DNA of 64,000 nucleotides from Verrucomicrobiia bacterium (GCA_049968335.1 JBMFQZ010000013.1:15965-79964); one strand, 5' to 3'. Shown: positions 28,522 to 37,978, counted from the stretch's first letter. Notes: a model not told the origin generated them from the sequence alone. Numbers and translations are program-made.

Positions 28522-30180
28522 ATGGAGAAAACGCGTATGACAAGAGAACAACTATTCAAACGGTTTCAAACGTTTTATTTGCAAAATGATAGAATCGGTC
28601 TCAGTCTGGATGTTAGCCGGATGAATTTTTCTGATGAAGTATTGAGTAAAATTAATAGAAAAACCGAGCGGGCAATTAAATTTATGGCGCAACTTGAAAA
28701 AGGCGCCATCGCAAATCCCTCAGAAAATCGTATGGTAGGCCATTACTGGCTAAGAAATCCGCGCCTTGCGCCTGAGCGCGCTATCAGCGAAGAAATTCTC
28801 TCTACCATAGATAAAATTAAAAAGTTTACCGCTAAAATTCATAATGGTGAGATTTTGAGTTCAAACGGTAAAAAATTCACTAACATACTTATAATCGGTA
28901 TCGGCGGCTCAATACTCGGACCGCAATTTGTTTCTCGCGCCCTTGGCAATCCATTAACCGATAAAATGAAGGTCTATTTTATTGACAATACTGATCCAGA
29001 CGGTATTGACACTACTTTACAATATATTGATAATCAATTAGATACAACGCTATGCATCGTTATTTCTAAATCCGGAAAGACGATCGAAACCCGCAACGGA
29101 ATGTTAGAAGTTGAACATCGCTTTAATTCAAAAAATATCCCGTTTCCGAAACACTCCGTCGCAATCACCCAGATGGTCGAGGAAAAAAGCAAACTGTATG
29201 AAAAGGCAAAGAACGAGGGATGGCTTGAGATATTCCCGATGTGGGACTGGGTTGGGGGAAGGACAAGCGAAACCTCGGCGGTTGGACTTTTACCAGCTGC
29301 ATTGCAAGGTTTTGATATTGATAAACTGCTTGAAGGGGCAAGCCTCTGCGATGAATGGACCCGAACAAAAGAGGTGCGAAAAAATCCATCAGCGCTGCTC
29401 GCGATGATGTGGTGGTACGCAGGGAAGGGCAAAGGCGAGAAAAATATGGTTATTCTTCCATACAAAGACAGATTAGAACTATTCTCGCGATATTTGCAAC
29501 AGCTTGTGATGGAATCACTTGGAAAAGAATTTGACCTGGATGGCAAACAAGTTAATCAGGGCATTACAGTCTACGGAAATAAAGGGTCAACCGACCAGCA
29601 CGCCTATATTCAGCAACTGCGGGACGGCAGAAACGACTTCTTTGTAACCTTTATTGAAGTTCTTAAAGACAGAGAAGGCGAGGAATTTTTCGTTGAACCG
29701 GATGTCACAAGCGGCGATTATCTGCTCGGCTTCTATTTAGGAACCCGCCGCGCATTGTACGAAAAAGAGCGGGAGTCGATGACTATAACGTTAACGGAAG
29801 TCTCTCCACTTACAATTGGCGCCTTAATCGCCCTATTTGAACGCGCCGTTGGCTTATATGCGCATATCATTAACATAAACGCTTATGACCAACCGGGAGT
29901 TGAAGCAGGAAAAGTTGCCGCAGGTGAAATTATTGACTTACAAAAGCGGATCCTCAAATTCTTAACAGAGCATCCGGAAAAAGCTTACGCGCCAATTGAG
30001 ATCGCGCAGAATATAATATCGCAAAAAGAGATTGAATCAGGATTAAAGCCAGAAGACCTGCAAGAAGATATATACAAGATTTGCGACCATCTTTCGGCAA
30101 ATCCAAAACGCGGGATTGAAAAGATAGCCTCCGCAGTGTTGAATGCCACAGCATTCAGATATTTGCCGAGGATTGAATAG
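28522..30180 (+). CDS. pgi: Glucose-6-phosphate isomerase
   Basis: Typical PGI blocks: MVGHYWLRNP, IGIGGSILGPQ, VISKSGKTIETR, VGGRTSETSAVGL and GSTDQHAYIQQLRDG. The start was moved to the ATG at 28522 (MEKTRMTREQ); the ATG at 28537 is also possible. The 29-codon extension in the ORF track looks non-coding. Confidence 0.9.
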   Translation: MEKTRMTREQLFKRFQTFYLQNDRIGLSLDVSRMNFSDEVLSKINRKTERAIKFMAQLEKGAIANPSENRMVGHYWLRNPRLAPERAISEEILSTIDKIKKFTAKIHNGEILSSNGKKFTNILIIGIGGSILGPQFVSRALGNPLTDKMKVYFIDNTDPDGIDTTLQYIDNQLDTTLCIVISKSGKTIETRNGMLEVEHRFNSKNIPFPKHSVAITQMVEEKSKLYEKAKNEGWLEIFPMWDWVGGRTSETSAVGLLPAALQGFDIDKLLEGASLCDEWTRTKEVRKNPSALLAMMWWYAGKGKGEKNMVILPYKDRLELFSRYLQQLVMESLGKEFDLDGKQVNQGITVYGNKGSTDQHAYIQQLRDGRNDFFVTFIEVLKDREGEEFFVEPDVTSGDYLLGFYLGTRRALYEKERESMTITLTEVSPLTIGALIALFERAVGLYAHIININAYDQPGVEAGKVAAGEIIDLQKRILKFLTEHPEKAYAPIEIAQNIISQKEIESGLKPEDLQEDIYKICDHLSANPKRGIEKIASAVLNATAFRYLPRIE

Positions 30181-30211
30181 ACTACTGTTTAAAAAAGTTT
30201 ATTTTTAAATG

Positions 30212-30261
30212 AAGCGGTGGCGAAGACTGATGTAGCAGTCGCGGCACCGCTTTGTGATTTT
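30212..30261 (+). terminator. Hairpin plus T-rich tail downstream of pgi; also member A (inverted orientation) of the TCACAAAGCGGTG hairpin repeat family
   Basis: AAGCGGTG...GACTG-ATGTAG-CAGTC...CACCGCTT followed by TGTGATTTT, 32 nt after the pgi stop. Confidence 0.5.
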
Positions 30262-30364
30262 AGTTATTATAAAAACGAATAAATAAAGCCAAAACTAAAA
30301 AATTGTCATTAGTTTTGACTTGGCATTTTTATTCTAAAACTATGTGGCATTGCTAAAATGATAT

Positions 30365-30392
30365 AGACCCCGAAGGGGGCTGTTTTATGTTT
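30365..30392 (+). terminator. Short GC hairpin with U-tract (possible 3' end of a small transcript)
   Basis: AGACCCC-GAAG-GGGGCT followed by GTTTTATGTTT. There is no annotated + strand gene directly upstream other than pgi, which already has a hairpin. Confidence 0.3.
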
Positions 30393-30511
30393 AAAATAAT
30401 CTCACAAATTCAATTTAAAATGCTAATGATTCGGGCAGAAACAGAGGTGAATTAAAACAGTAGACAGATAGGAATTTATTAGTATATTTACTGCTATTAA
30501 TTAACGGTTGT

Positions 30512-32473
30512 TTGATGTTCATTTATCCAAAAAATTACGATGTTATTGTTGTAGGCGGCGGACACGCGGGGATTGAAGCGGCTGTAGCAGCGGCGCGGAT
30601 TGGGTGTCAGACGTTGTTATTGACAATCAATCTGGACACCATCGGGCAGATGTCGTGCAACCCGTCTATCGGAGGGCTTGCCAAAGGTCATCTTGCCAGA
30701 GAGATTGACGCAATGGGCGGCGCAATGGGAATGGCTACCGATATGACCGGGCTGCATTTCAGGATGTTGAATACAAAGAAAGGTCCATCGGTCTGGGCTC
30801 CCCGGGCGCAATGCGACAAAAAGGCATATCAGTTTTATATGAAATGGCTGTTAGAACGGCAGCCAAATTTAGACCTCAAACAGGGTTTGGTAGAAACAAT
30901 ACTGGTTAAGAATGAAAAGGTTTACGGGGTTGAAACTAATCTCGGGATTCAATACCACGGGAAGACAGTAATTGTAACCACCGGGACATTTTTAAGGGGG
31001 TTGATCCACATTGGATTTAACCGCGTTGAAGGGGGCAGGGCAGGGGAGGCGGCGGCGGTCGGTTTATCCGGCTCATTGAAGAAGATAGGGCTTGAACTCG
31101 GGAGGTTAAAGACAGGAACGCCGCCAAGACTCTTGCGGAGCACGATTGATTTTAGCAAAACAACCGTTCAGCCAGGAGATGAGCCAGTCCCCTACTTTAC
31201 TTACTGGAAGGATGATTTGTTCCACGTGGAACAAAATGGGTCAAATCCAAAGTTTCATAGTTGTTCAAATGGCAAATATCCCCCCGGCTCAATCCTTGAC
31301 CGTATTAACGGTCAGGCAAACTGTTACATTACATATACAACTCAAAAAACAGCAGAGATTATCCGCTCCAACTTAGATAAATCGCCGCTCTATTCCGGTG
31401 TAATTCAAGGTGTTGGGCCAAGATATTGCCCGTCAATTGAAGATAAAATCGTCAAGTTCCCGCATAAAGAACGACAACAACTCTTCCTTGAACCAGAAGG
31501 CATTACCACTGAAGAAATCTATGTAAATGGATTCTCTACAAGCCTGCCTTATGAAGTGCAAATCCAGATGGTTCGCTCAATTGTCGGTTGTGAAAATGCC
31601 GAAATTATGCGACCGGCTTACGCCATTGAATACGATTTTGCCTATCCGACGCAACTTTACCCCTCGCTTGAAACCAAAGTCTGCGAAAATCTTTACCTTG
31701 CCGGGCAGATAAACGGCACCTCCGGCTACGAAGAAGCTGGCGCTCAAGGTATGATAGCAGCCATCAATGCCGCGCTCAAACTTAAAGGAAAAGAACCAAT
31801 CCTCATTGGTAGAGACCAGGCATATATTGGCGTATTGATTGATGACCTCGTAACTAAAGGGACAATAGAACCATACCGTATGTTCACCTCTCGCGCCGAA
31901 TATCGTCTCCTTCTGCGGCAAGACAACGCAGACCTCCGTCTCTCTGAAATCGGGTACAATGTCGGACTTCTCCCTTATCGACATTATCAAAAAGTAGTCC
32001 AAAAACGAGAGGCTATATCAAGAGAACTTGAACGGCTTAAAAAAACCCGTTACGGCACAGATACACTTGAACAAATCTTGCGACGCCCCGAAGTCAAATA
32101 TTCAGACCTTCCTTACAAAGATGAGACTTTAGACCCGGAAGTTGTCAGGCAGGTTGAGATTGAGGTTAAATACGCAGGTTATATAGATAGGCTTGAAAAT
32201 GAAATAGAACGTTTCAGATCGTTAGAGAATAAACAGATACCGGACAATTTTGATTATTCAAAAGTCCCGAGCCTGCGGAGCGAGGCGCGCCAGAAACTTT
32301 CAAAAATCAGACCAGCAACTATCGGCCAAGCATCCCGTATCTCCGGCGTCTCACCCGCCGATATAAGTATCCTACTCGTCTGGCTCCGTAAATCCGCCGA
32401 ACAGGTATCCCAACCCTCAGATGTTGAAGACGATGCCTATGAAGCGGCTAAAGAAAACGACGATGAGGAATAG
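30512..32473 (+). CDS. mnmG: tRNA uridine 5-carboxymethylaminomethyl modification enzyme MnmG (GidA)
   Basis: YDVIVVGGGHAGIEAA FAD-binding start, then SCNPSIGG, KGHLAREIDALGG-like, GPRYCPSIEDK and QINGTSGYEEAGAQG. The start is TTG 30512 or ATG 30515. Confidence 0.95.
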   Translation: MMFIYPKNYDVIVVGGGHAGIEAAVAAARIGCQTLLLTINLDTIGQMSCNPSIGGLAKGHLAREIDAMGGAMGMATDMTGLHFRMLNTKKGPSVWAPRAQCDKKAYQFYMKWLLERQPNLDLKQGLVETILVKNEKVYGVETNLGIQYHGKTVIVTTGTFLRGLIHIGFNRVEGGRAGEAAAVGLSGSLKKIGLELGRLKTGTPPRLLRSTIDFSKTTVQPGDEPVPYFTYWKDDLFHVEQNGSNPKFHSCSNGKYPPGSILDRINGQANCYITYTTQKTAEIIRSNLDKSPLYSGVIQGVGPRYCPSIEDKIVKFPHKERQQLFLEPEGITTEEIYVNGFSTSLPYEVQIQMVRSIVGCENAEIMRPAYAIEYDFAYPTQLYPSLETKVCENLYLAGQINGTSGYEEAGAQGMIAAINAALKLKGKEPILIGRDQAYIGVLIDDLVTKGTIEPYRMFTSRAEYRLLLRQDNADLRLSEIGYNVGLLPYRHYQKVVQKREAISRELERLKKTRYGTDTLEQILRRPEVKYSDLPYKDETLDPEVVRQVEIEVKYAGYIDRLENEIERFRSLENKQIPDNFDYSKVPSLRSEARQKLSKIRPATIGQASRISGVSPADISILLVWLRKSAEQVSQPSDVEDDAYEAAKENDDEE

Positions 32474-32562
32474 CCCCGATAGCGCTCTCCTTTTCTATTG
32501 TCTGCCATCGCGCAATGAAAATCTTGCTAACGAGTGAAGTTTCCACCCCTTGTTGGATTGCT

Positions 32563-33612
32563 TCAATCTGTCAAAAGCCGCGGCAAATCTTCCTGCCAGG
32601 TTACCTGAACAAACGATAGATACCATGTTTTCCCTCTGTCGTTGTTGCCTTGATAGAACAGGTAAGTTTTGCCATCAGAATCGGCAAAAATGAATGGATG
32701 CCCGGACTCGCTCGCATTCCAATTGTTGGGTTTGCCCGCAGGTAAAAATGGCTTATCAGAAAGCCTCTTGAAGTTCACCCCATCGTCGCTTGGTGCCACG
32801 CCAATCTGCTGTGGCTCGTTATTATAACCGCCGGCGTAGAACATAAAAAATCGCCCGTCTCTATAAATAACAGCCGGCGCCTCAATGCAATTTCTCTCCC
32901 AGTCAAGTTCAGGTTTAAGAATTGGCTTGTTGCAGAGTTGTTTCCAGCAATCGCGCGAGAAATCTGAATTAACATCCGCAGTTGCCACACCTAACATCTG
33001 AATTTTAAACGATGGGTCTCGCGTAGCAAAATAGAGAAATAACCTGTCGCTGCAACGGACAATATCCGCGTCAATAGCCCGTCCGCAATTCCAGTCCCCG
33101 CTCGGGCGGAAGACCGGGTTTGAAGGATTTTTGATGAAATTTACGCCGTCCTCAGACCACGCATAGCATATCGCGTCGTTCCTGCCATTGCCATAAGTCT
33201 GGTAAAAAATGTGGACGCGATTGCCAAGAACAATCGCGCCAAGCGCGCAAATCCCGTTTTTCTCGCATTCCTGTGTGGCATCAATCTCGCCAATTTTTTC
33301 CCATACAACCAGACGATCGCTCCTTGCAATCCCTATTCTCCATCCCTGTATATTCCTGCCTGGCGGTATTGAATAATACAAAAGATACTGATTTTTAAAC
33401 CTGACAACAGCAGGGTCTTTTGCAAACGGACGGTTCAGCCGCGAGGTATCTCCGAACATCATTACCTTTTTTGATACAAACGATGAGACATTCGTATAGT
33501 CAATTCCTGAAAGGTCAAAAAATGCCACTCCTGTAACTAAACAAACAATATGGTAAAAATATTTCATAATTAAGAATACGAGATTTTGGCGATGATTGGT
33601 TTTAAAAATCAA
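32563..33612 (-). CDS. Five-bladed beta-propeller glycoside hydrolase-like protein (GH43/GH130-type fold; family not resolved)
   Basis: Repeated blade signatures: KDPAVVRFKNQYLLYYS, GIARSDRLVVWEK, EAPAVIYRDGRFFMFYAG, GVAPSDDGVNFKR, GHPFIFADSDGKTYLFYQG. Confidence 0.5.
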   Translation of the reverse strand: MIFKTNHRQNLVFLIMKYFYHIVCLVTGVAFFDLSGIDYTNVSSFVSKKVMMFGDTSRLNRPFAKDPAVVRFKNQYLLYYSIPPGRNIQGWRIGIARSDRLVVWEKIGEIDATQECEKNGICALGAIVLGNRVHIFYQTYGNGRNDAICYAWSEDGVNFIKNPSNPVFRPSGDWNCGRAIDADIVRCSDRLFLYFATRDPSFKIQMLGVATADVNSDFSRDCWKQLCNKPILKPELDWERNCIEAPAVIYRDGRFFMFYAGGYNNEPQQIGVAPSDDGVNFKRLSDKPFLPAGKPNNWNASESGHPFIFADSDGKTYLFYQGNNDRGKTWYLSFVQVTWQEDLPRLLTD

Positions 33613-33877
33613 GATGAAATGCTGTATATTTGTATCTTATTGATATCCAACTTCTTATATATTTATACACGCCGGTGTAAATATGATTTTGAAACCGGGT
33701 GAAATAGAATGCTATTATTTAACGGTCGCAATATTATAGAATTACGCTCACTTGTTGCCTCTCTATGTATCTCTGGGGTTTGGCTTTTTACCACAAAGGG
33801 CACAGAGAAAAGCAATTTTGATTGACCGCTTTGGAGTCACATAGATTTTACATTCTTCACTTTTTTGTTTTTTAACC

Positions 33878-33926
33878 TCACAAAGCGGTGTCGCGACCGC
33901 TCTCCGCGGTCTTGCCATCGCAGGCC
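33878..33926 (+). repeat. Member B of the TCACAAAGCGGTG hairpin repeat family
   Basis: TCACAAAGCGGTGTCGCGACCGCTCTCCGCGGTCTTGCCATCGCAGGCC, with inner stem GACCGC/GCGGTC. Confidence 0.6.
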
Positions 33927-34056
33927 AAAAAATGTTTGCTTCGTTGTTTGTGAACGATTAGGGGTTAATAAAACCAAAATCTTCCGTGACGCTCTTTCTG
34001 TCAAAATGTCTAATTAGTAAAGGAGAGTCCTAAGAAAACAACAGAAACACCGCAGA

Positions 34057-34909
34057 ATGGCAAAAAGAGCCAATTAACGATCCTATTTAAGGCTATATTA
34101 ATATTTGTTGTTTGCGTTGTTGCCTTGTGGGGAATTGCAACACTGATAGAAAATCACCGAGGGAATGTATCGGGGGCTATGAACTCAGGAGAATCTATCC
34201 GAATTTCAATCGCTTGCTGGAAATCTAAATCTGCTGGCGGATTTAGTGAAAACTTATCCAGCGAATTTTTCGTTAGTAATTAATATGGCAGAACAAGACC
34301 GTGTTAAAAACCCGGGTTTAATAGTTATGGCGTTAACATCAATGCCAGACCTTTACAGCCCTGCCGCGTTCTGTCCATCTTCCGCAGAAAACTTTGAGGT
34401 CTTTATCTTAAAAATCATCCCGCACGGCTGGTATTATAAAAACTATGTCAATTACTGTGATTATTTATATAAAGTGATGAGAGAAGGTTTTGACATTAAA
34501 AACAACCGTCTGTTTACATCAAAAATAACCTCTGTGACAGACCATCTAATGAGCGAGAAAATTCTTCTATTCAATCTGTTTCCCAAAATCTACAATCAGC
34601 GAAAAACCGTTTCCTCAATTGCCTTTCGCCAGACTCTTATTAATTGCTACAGAGTCGCCTGCGGTATTGAAAAATATCGTATTATAAACAAACATATTCC
34701 GGAGCAATTAGATAGCCTTGTTCCCGAATTCATTGACAGCATTCCGCTGGATATAATTGACGGAAAACCGCTTCGTTACAAGGCTGAGAAAACTGGGGAT
34801 TATACAAATTTATTCTATTGGCTGAGATGAAAAAGACAACGGCGGCAAACCATCAAAACCTCCTTTAGACAAGAATTGTGACTGGAGGCTTGCGATAAGA
34901 TGGCATTAG
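34057..34909 (+). pseudogene. Decayed gene for a membrane-anchored protein (at least 3 frameshifts plus one in-frame TGA)
   Basis: Coding pieces step through frames. MAKRAN* starts at 34057. QLTILFKAILIFVVCVVALWGIATLIENHRGN... follows in the next frame (to 34283). Then comes the 194-aa track ORF 34246-34830 (...GIEKYRIINKHIPEQLDSLVPEFIDSIPLDIIDGKPLRYKAEKTGDY). The last piece is IYSIG-TGA-DEKDNGGKPS...DWRLAIRWH* (34802-34909). The frame shifts sit next to homopolymer runs. Confidence 0.45.
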
Positions 34910-35353
34910 ATTTTATCAGGGGCGATGAGAATGAACCTAATTCTTAACAAACTGGAGAAAATCGCGTCGCGAGGCAATACTGGTAAAAGAGACAAAACCC
35001 TAAGCATTGCCCTTCCTAAACAATTTCCGCAAATCTAATTGGACCCGAGAATTATCATTTTCTAAAACGCTAAAGTTTCAGGTTAAAGTTTAATTGGAGG
35101 GTTGTTTTCATTTATAATCCGAAATAGACGCGCTTGATAAAGTTATCAATTTCTGGATTTTGTGGTATATTTTTGTTAGTTGATGTTGTAAGGGTTACGA
35201 TTCGACGCGGGCGGCGGGTGAATAAACCGCATGCCTGTTTAGTCAAATCTGTTGAGAACAGTTTCTGACGCTGATGAGAGAATGGCGGAGACCTGCGGAA
35301 GGTTTCCTAAAATGAAGGGTGGCTCACCGGCAGAAACATAACAAAAAAATATT

Positions 35354-37978
35354 ATGAAAACGAGACCTTGGGGAGTATATAAAAAAGTTATAGTAGCAAC
35401 TGCAACGTTGCTCGCGATTGCCTCAGGGCTGTTTGTATTTGCTTTTTACAATACCGCCCTTCAGGCTGACGAGAAAAAATCGGAGTCAGCGGCAAACTCT
35501 GGTAATTCTCAAAAAATGAATCTGCAGACCAATGCTGTTTCATTGTCAACTAATTTTGTTGATATATCAACAAATTCAAATTCTACCAATGCAGGGGCGG
35601 TGCTGTTTAAAGCGCCGCCGGATTTTAGCGCCTTGAATCTAAAGCCTGAACTTGAAGAGATCGTAAAGATGGCTCAATCTGGCATTGATGAAGAGGTTTT
35701 AAAACAATACGTTGTTCAGTCCAAGTATTCATACAAAGACTTGACGGCGCGCGACATAATAACCTTGAACGACCTCGGGGTGCCGGCGTCTGTGGTTTCG
35801 GAGATGCTCAAAAAGACAGGCAAGCCGGAACTTGAGCAACAGCCTGAAGAACAGAAAATGGTCGTTGCTTCTACAAATGAGACGATAACCGCGACAGCTG
35901 AAACTCAGATGGCTGGCGCTCAAACGGAGCAAAGAACCGAACAGGCGATTACAAATCAACAGCCGCCGCAGGCAACTCAAACCGCGCCCCCTGTTTATGT
36001 TCAAACTGTAACGCAGACTGTCTATGTCCCTGTTCAAACCGAACAACAGCCGCAGGTGATTGTCCAACAGCAACCGGTTGTTGTCCAGCAACCTGTTCCC
36101 GAGACAGTTGTTGTCTATTACTCGGCGCTGTCGCCTTATGGAAGCTGGTTATATGTTGATGGTTATGGTTATTGCTGGCAACCGCTGGTAGCGGTTACAT
36201 ATCCGGGCTGGCGTCCATATTATCACGGCGGCAGGTGGCTATGGACTGATTACGGCTGGTATTGGCTTTCTGATTATTCCTGGGGCTGGGCAACATTTCA
36301 TTATGGCAGATGGAGTTATCTGCATCATCACGGCTGGGTCTGGTTTCCCGATAGAGTCTGGGGACCTGCGTGGGTGAGCTGGCGCGTGGGTCCAAGTTAT
36401 TGCGGCTGGGCGCCACTGCCGCCGTATGCCCGTTACGATGTTGGCGTCGGTTTTGTCTATCACGGAAGCCATGTAAGTATAGGATTTGAATTCGGTCTGT
36501 CTGACTGGGATTACACATTTGTTGACTGGGGACATTTTCATCATAGATATCCATACAGATACGGAGTCCCTGGCAATCGCGCCCGCGATATTTACAACAA
36601 TACAACAGTTATCAATAATTATATCACCGGAAATAACAACAATGTGGTCATTAATACTGGCGTCGGCACCGAGCACATTACCCGCCTAACCCGCGAAGAG
36701 ATCAGAAAAGTCACTGTTCGGGACGCGCCAGTCGTTGTCGGCAACAGGACAACAATTTCTCCAGAAAGACTTGTTAAAGATGGAAATAATATTGTTCTTT
36801 ATCGCCCGAACCCGCAGCAAACTCCACTGCTTGCAAAGGCTAATCCGCAACAGATAGCGCCGAAATTTGTTCCTGTGAGCAAATTGCAAGGAGAAGCGGC
36901 AGGCAAAACTGTCTTGCCGACAATTCCAAAACAGACGGTTTCATCAAATCTAAAATCTATACCATCAGCTGCGCCGCAAAAAGGCGATATTAAATCTTCT
37001 GGCGTTAAATCCGCATTGCCGGTAACCACTGCGCCGCTTCAAGTTGCCCCGCAACCGTCAGCAGGAAATATAGAGAGTATAAAAGGACGACAACCGATTT
37101 TAAACGAAAACAAGGGCGTTATATCGCAACCATCAAGAACTCAAACAGCGCCTGTTAAATCTCTGCCGGGCAATGTTGCCCCATCCGCGCCATCAGCAAA
37201 ACCATTAGCCCCATCAAAGGAAGCGTTGCCTGCTCAAAAACCAGTTCCGCAAAAGATGGAAGTTGCTAAAACAGAACCGGCAAAACAGACGCAACCGCTC
37301 GTTACTCATCTATGGTCTCAGTCGGCTGATTCTTCAAAGGCAAGCGGCTCAAAACCAGACCCGATATTGAGCAAGCCAAATTACCCATCGTCAACGGTCA
37401 GTCCGATTATTAATTCTCCGAAACCCGCTACCGCGATAACGCCATCGCAATCAACAACGCCGCCTTTAGGCATTCGCTATCGTTCTCCGTCAACGCCTGC
37501 CGCGCCGAGCGTGCCTGTTAATCCGCATCTTGCGCCGGGTTCTTTAGATACATTAAACCAGGCTAGCAGACAAAGCAGCGCGAGAATTGCGCCATCAATC
37601 CCGGCTCAAGTAAATCCAGCGCCGTTGCCAGTTCAACAAACCCCTTCGTATATACCAACCCCGCGCGCAAATGTGACGCCGTTGCCGCAAGCGCAGCCAG
37701 CTCCAGTTCCGGCGCAAAGGAGTATCCCCTCTTACACACCGCCAGCGGCTGGCGGAACGAGGGTAACGCCGTTGCCATCTCCATCGCCGGCTTATACTCC
37801 GCCGCAAACGCCGTCATATCATTCTGCTCCAAGATATGAAGCGCCAAAATCAAGCGGCTATTCAGCGCCGCCATCAGGGGGAGCAGGTTATTCGCGTTCC
37901 TACGGACCATCGCCTTCGCCGGGATACTCCGCGCCATCTTCGCCCCGCGGTGGAGGTGAATTTGGAAGAAGCAGGTAA
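35354..37978 (+). CDS. Membrane-anchored protein with a Trp/Tyr/Gly-rich central domain and a long Pro/Ser/Ala/Gln-rich tail
   Basis: 874 aa with one N-terminal hydrophobic helix. The central block is YGSWLYVDGYGYCWQP...GGRWLWTDYGWYWLSDYSWGWATFHYGRWSYLHHHGWVWFPDRVWGPAWVSWRVGPSYCGWAPLPP. The C-terminal ~400 aa are low-complexity and proline-rich. Confidence 0.6.
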   Translation: MKTRPWGVYKKVIVATATLLAIASGLFVFAFYNTALQADEKKSESAANSGNSQKMNLQTNAVSLSTNFVDISTNSNSTNAGAVLFKAPPDFSALNLKPELEEIVKMAQSGIDEEVLKQYVVQSKYSYKDLTARDIITLNDLGVPASVVSEMLKKTGKPELEQQPEEQKMVVASTNETITATAETQMAGAQTEQRTEQAITNQQPPQATQTAPPVYVQTVTQTVYVPVQTEQQPQVIVQQQPVVVQQPVPETVVVYYSALSPYGSWLYVDGYGYCWQPLVAVTYPGWRPYYHGGRWLWTDYGWYWLSDYSWGWATFHYGRWSYLHHHGWVWFPDRVWGPAWVSWRVGPSYCGWAPLPPYARYDVGVGFVYHGSHVSIGFEFGLSDWDYTFVDWGHFHHRYPYRYGVPGNRARDIYNNTTVINNYITGNNNNVVINTGVGTEHITRLTREEIRKVTVRDAPVVVGNRTTISPERLVKDGNNIVLYRPNPQQTPLLAKANPQQIAPKFVPVSKLQGEAAGKTVLPTIPKQTVSSNLKSIPSAAPQKGDIKSSGVKSALPVTTAPLQVAPQPSAGNIESIKGRQPILNENKGVISQPSRTQTAPVKSLPGNVAPSAPSAKPLAPSKEALPAQKPVPQKMEVAKTEPAKQTQPLVTHLWSQSADSSKASGSKPDPILSKPNYPSSTVSPIINSPKPATAITPSQSTTPPLGIRYRSPSTPAAPSVPVNPHLAPGSLDTLNQASRQSSARIAPSIPAQVNPAPLPVQQTPSYIPTPRANVTPLPQAQPAPVPAQRSIPSYTPPAAGGTRVTPLPSPSPAYTPPQTPSYHSAPRYEAPKSSGYSAPPSGGAGYSRSYGPSPSPGYSAPSSPRGGGEFGRSR

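Noticed and set aside
29034-29546. 170-aa minus-strand ORF and other small ORFs inside pgi, with similar ones inside mnmG, gcvP, the GH38-like gene and asnS
   Set aside because: They lie antisense to, or out of frame with, strongly conserved housekeeping genes. No independent support was found.
34020-34025. AAGGAG Shine-Dalgarno-like hexamer as evidence for a real gene start
   Set aside because: The nearest start codon (34057) is 31 nt away and opens only a 6-codon frame. The hexamer is probably fortuitous or a relic of the decayed gene.
34823-34825. TGA read as a sense codon (alternative genetic code)
   Set aside because: TGA ends several well-supported genes in this window, for example the mqnC stop at 54143-54145 and the 513-aa gene stop at 1320-1322. 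The locus also carries several frameshifts, so a nonsense mutation in a pseudogene is the simpler reading.
35134-35149. Palindrome TTGATAA-AG-TTATCAA as an operator
   Set aside because: 7-nt arms at a fixed spacing are expected by chance a few times in 64 kb, and no second copy or phased partner was seen.
35192-35210. tmRNA-like 5' motif GGGTTACGATTCGACGCGG
   Set aside because: Only ~160 nt remain before the next gene. No tag-peptide ORF, no T-arm (GGTTCGAATCC-like) and no CCA-proximal acceptor complement could be found downstream.
35271-35278. Hammerhead ribozyme core CUGAUGAG
   Set aside because: The sequence that follows cannot form a stem II closed by C followed by GAAA in the required geometry. 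The CAGAAAC downstream pairs instead with GTTTCTG, forming a plain closing stem.
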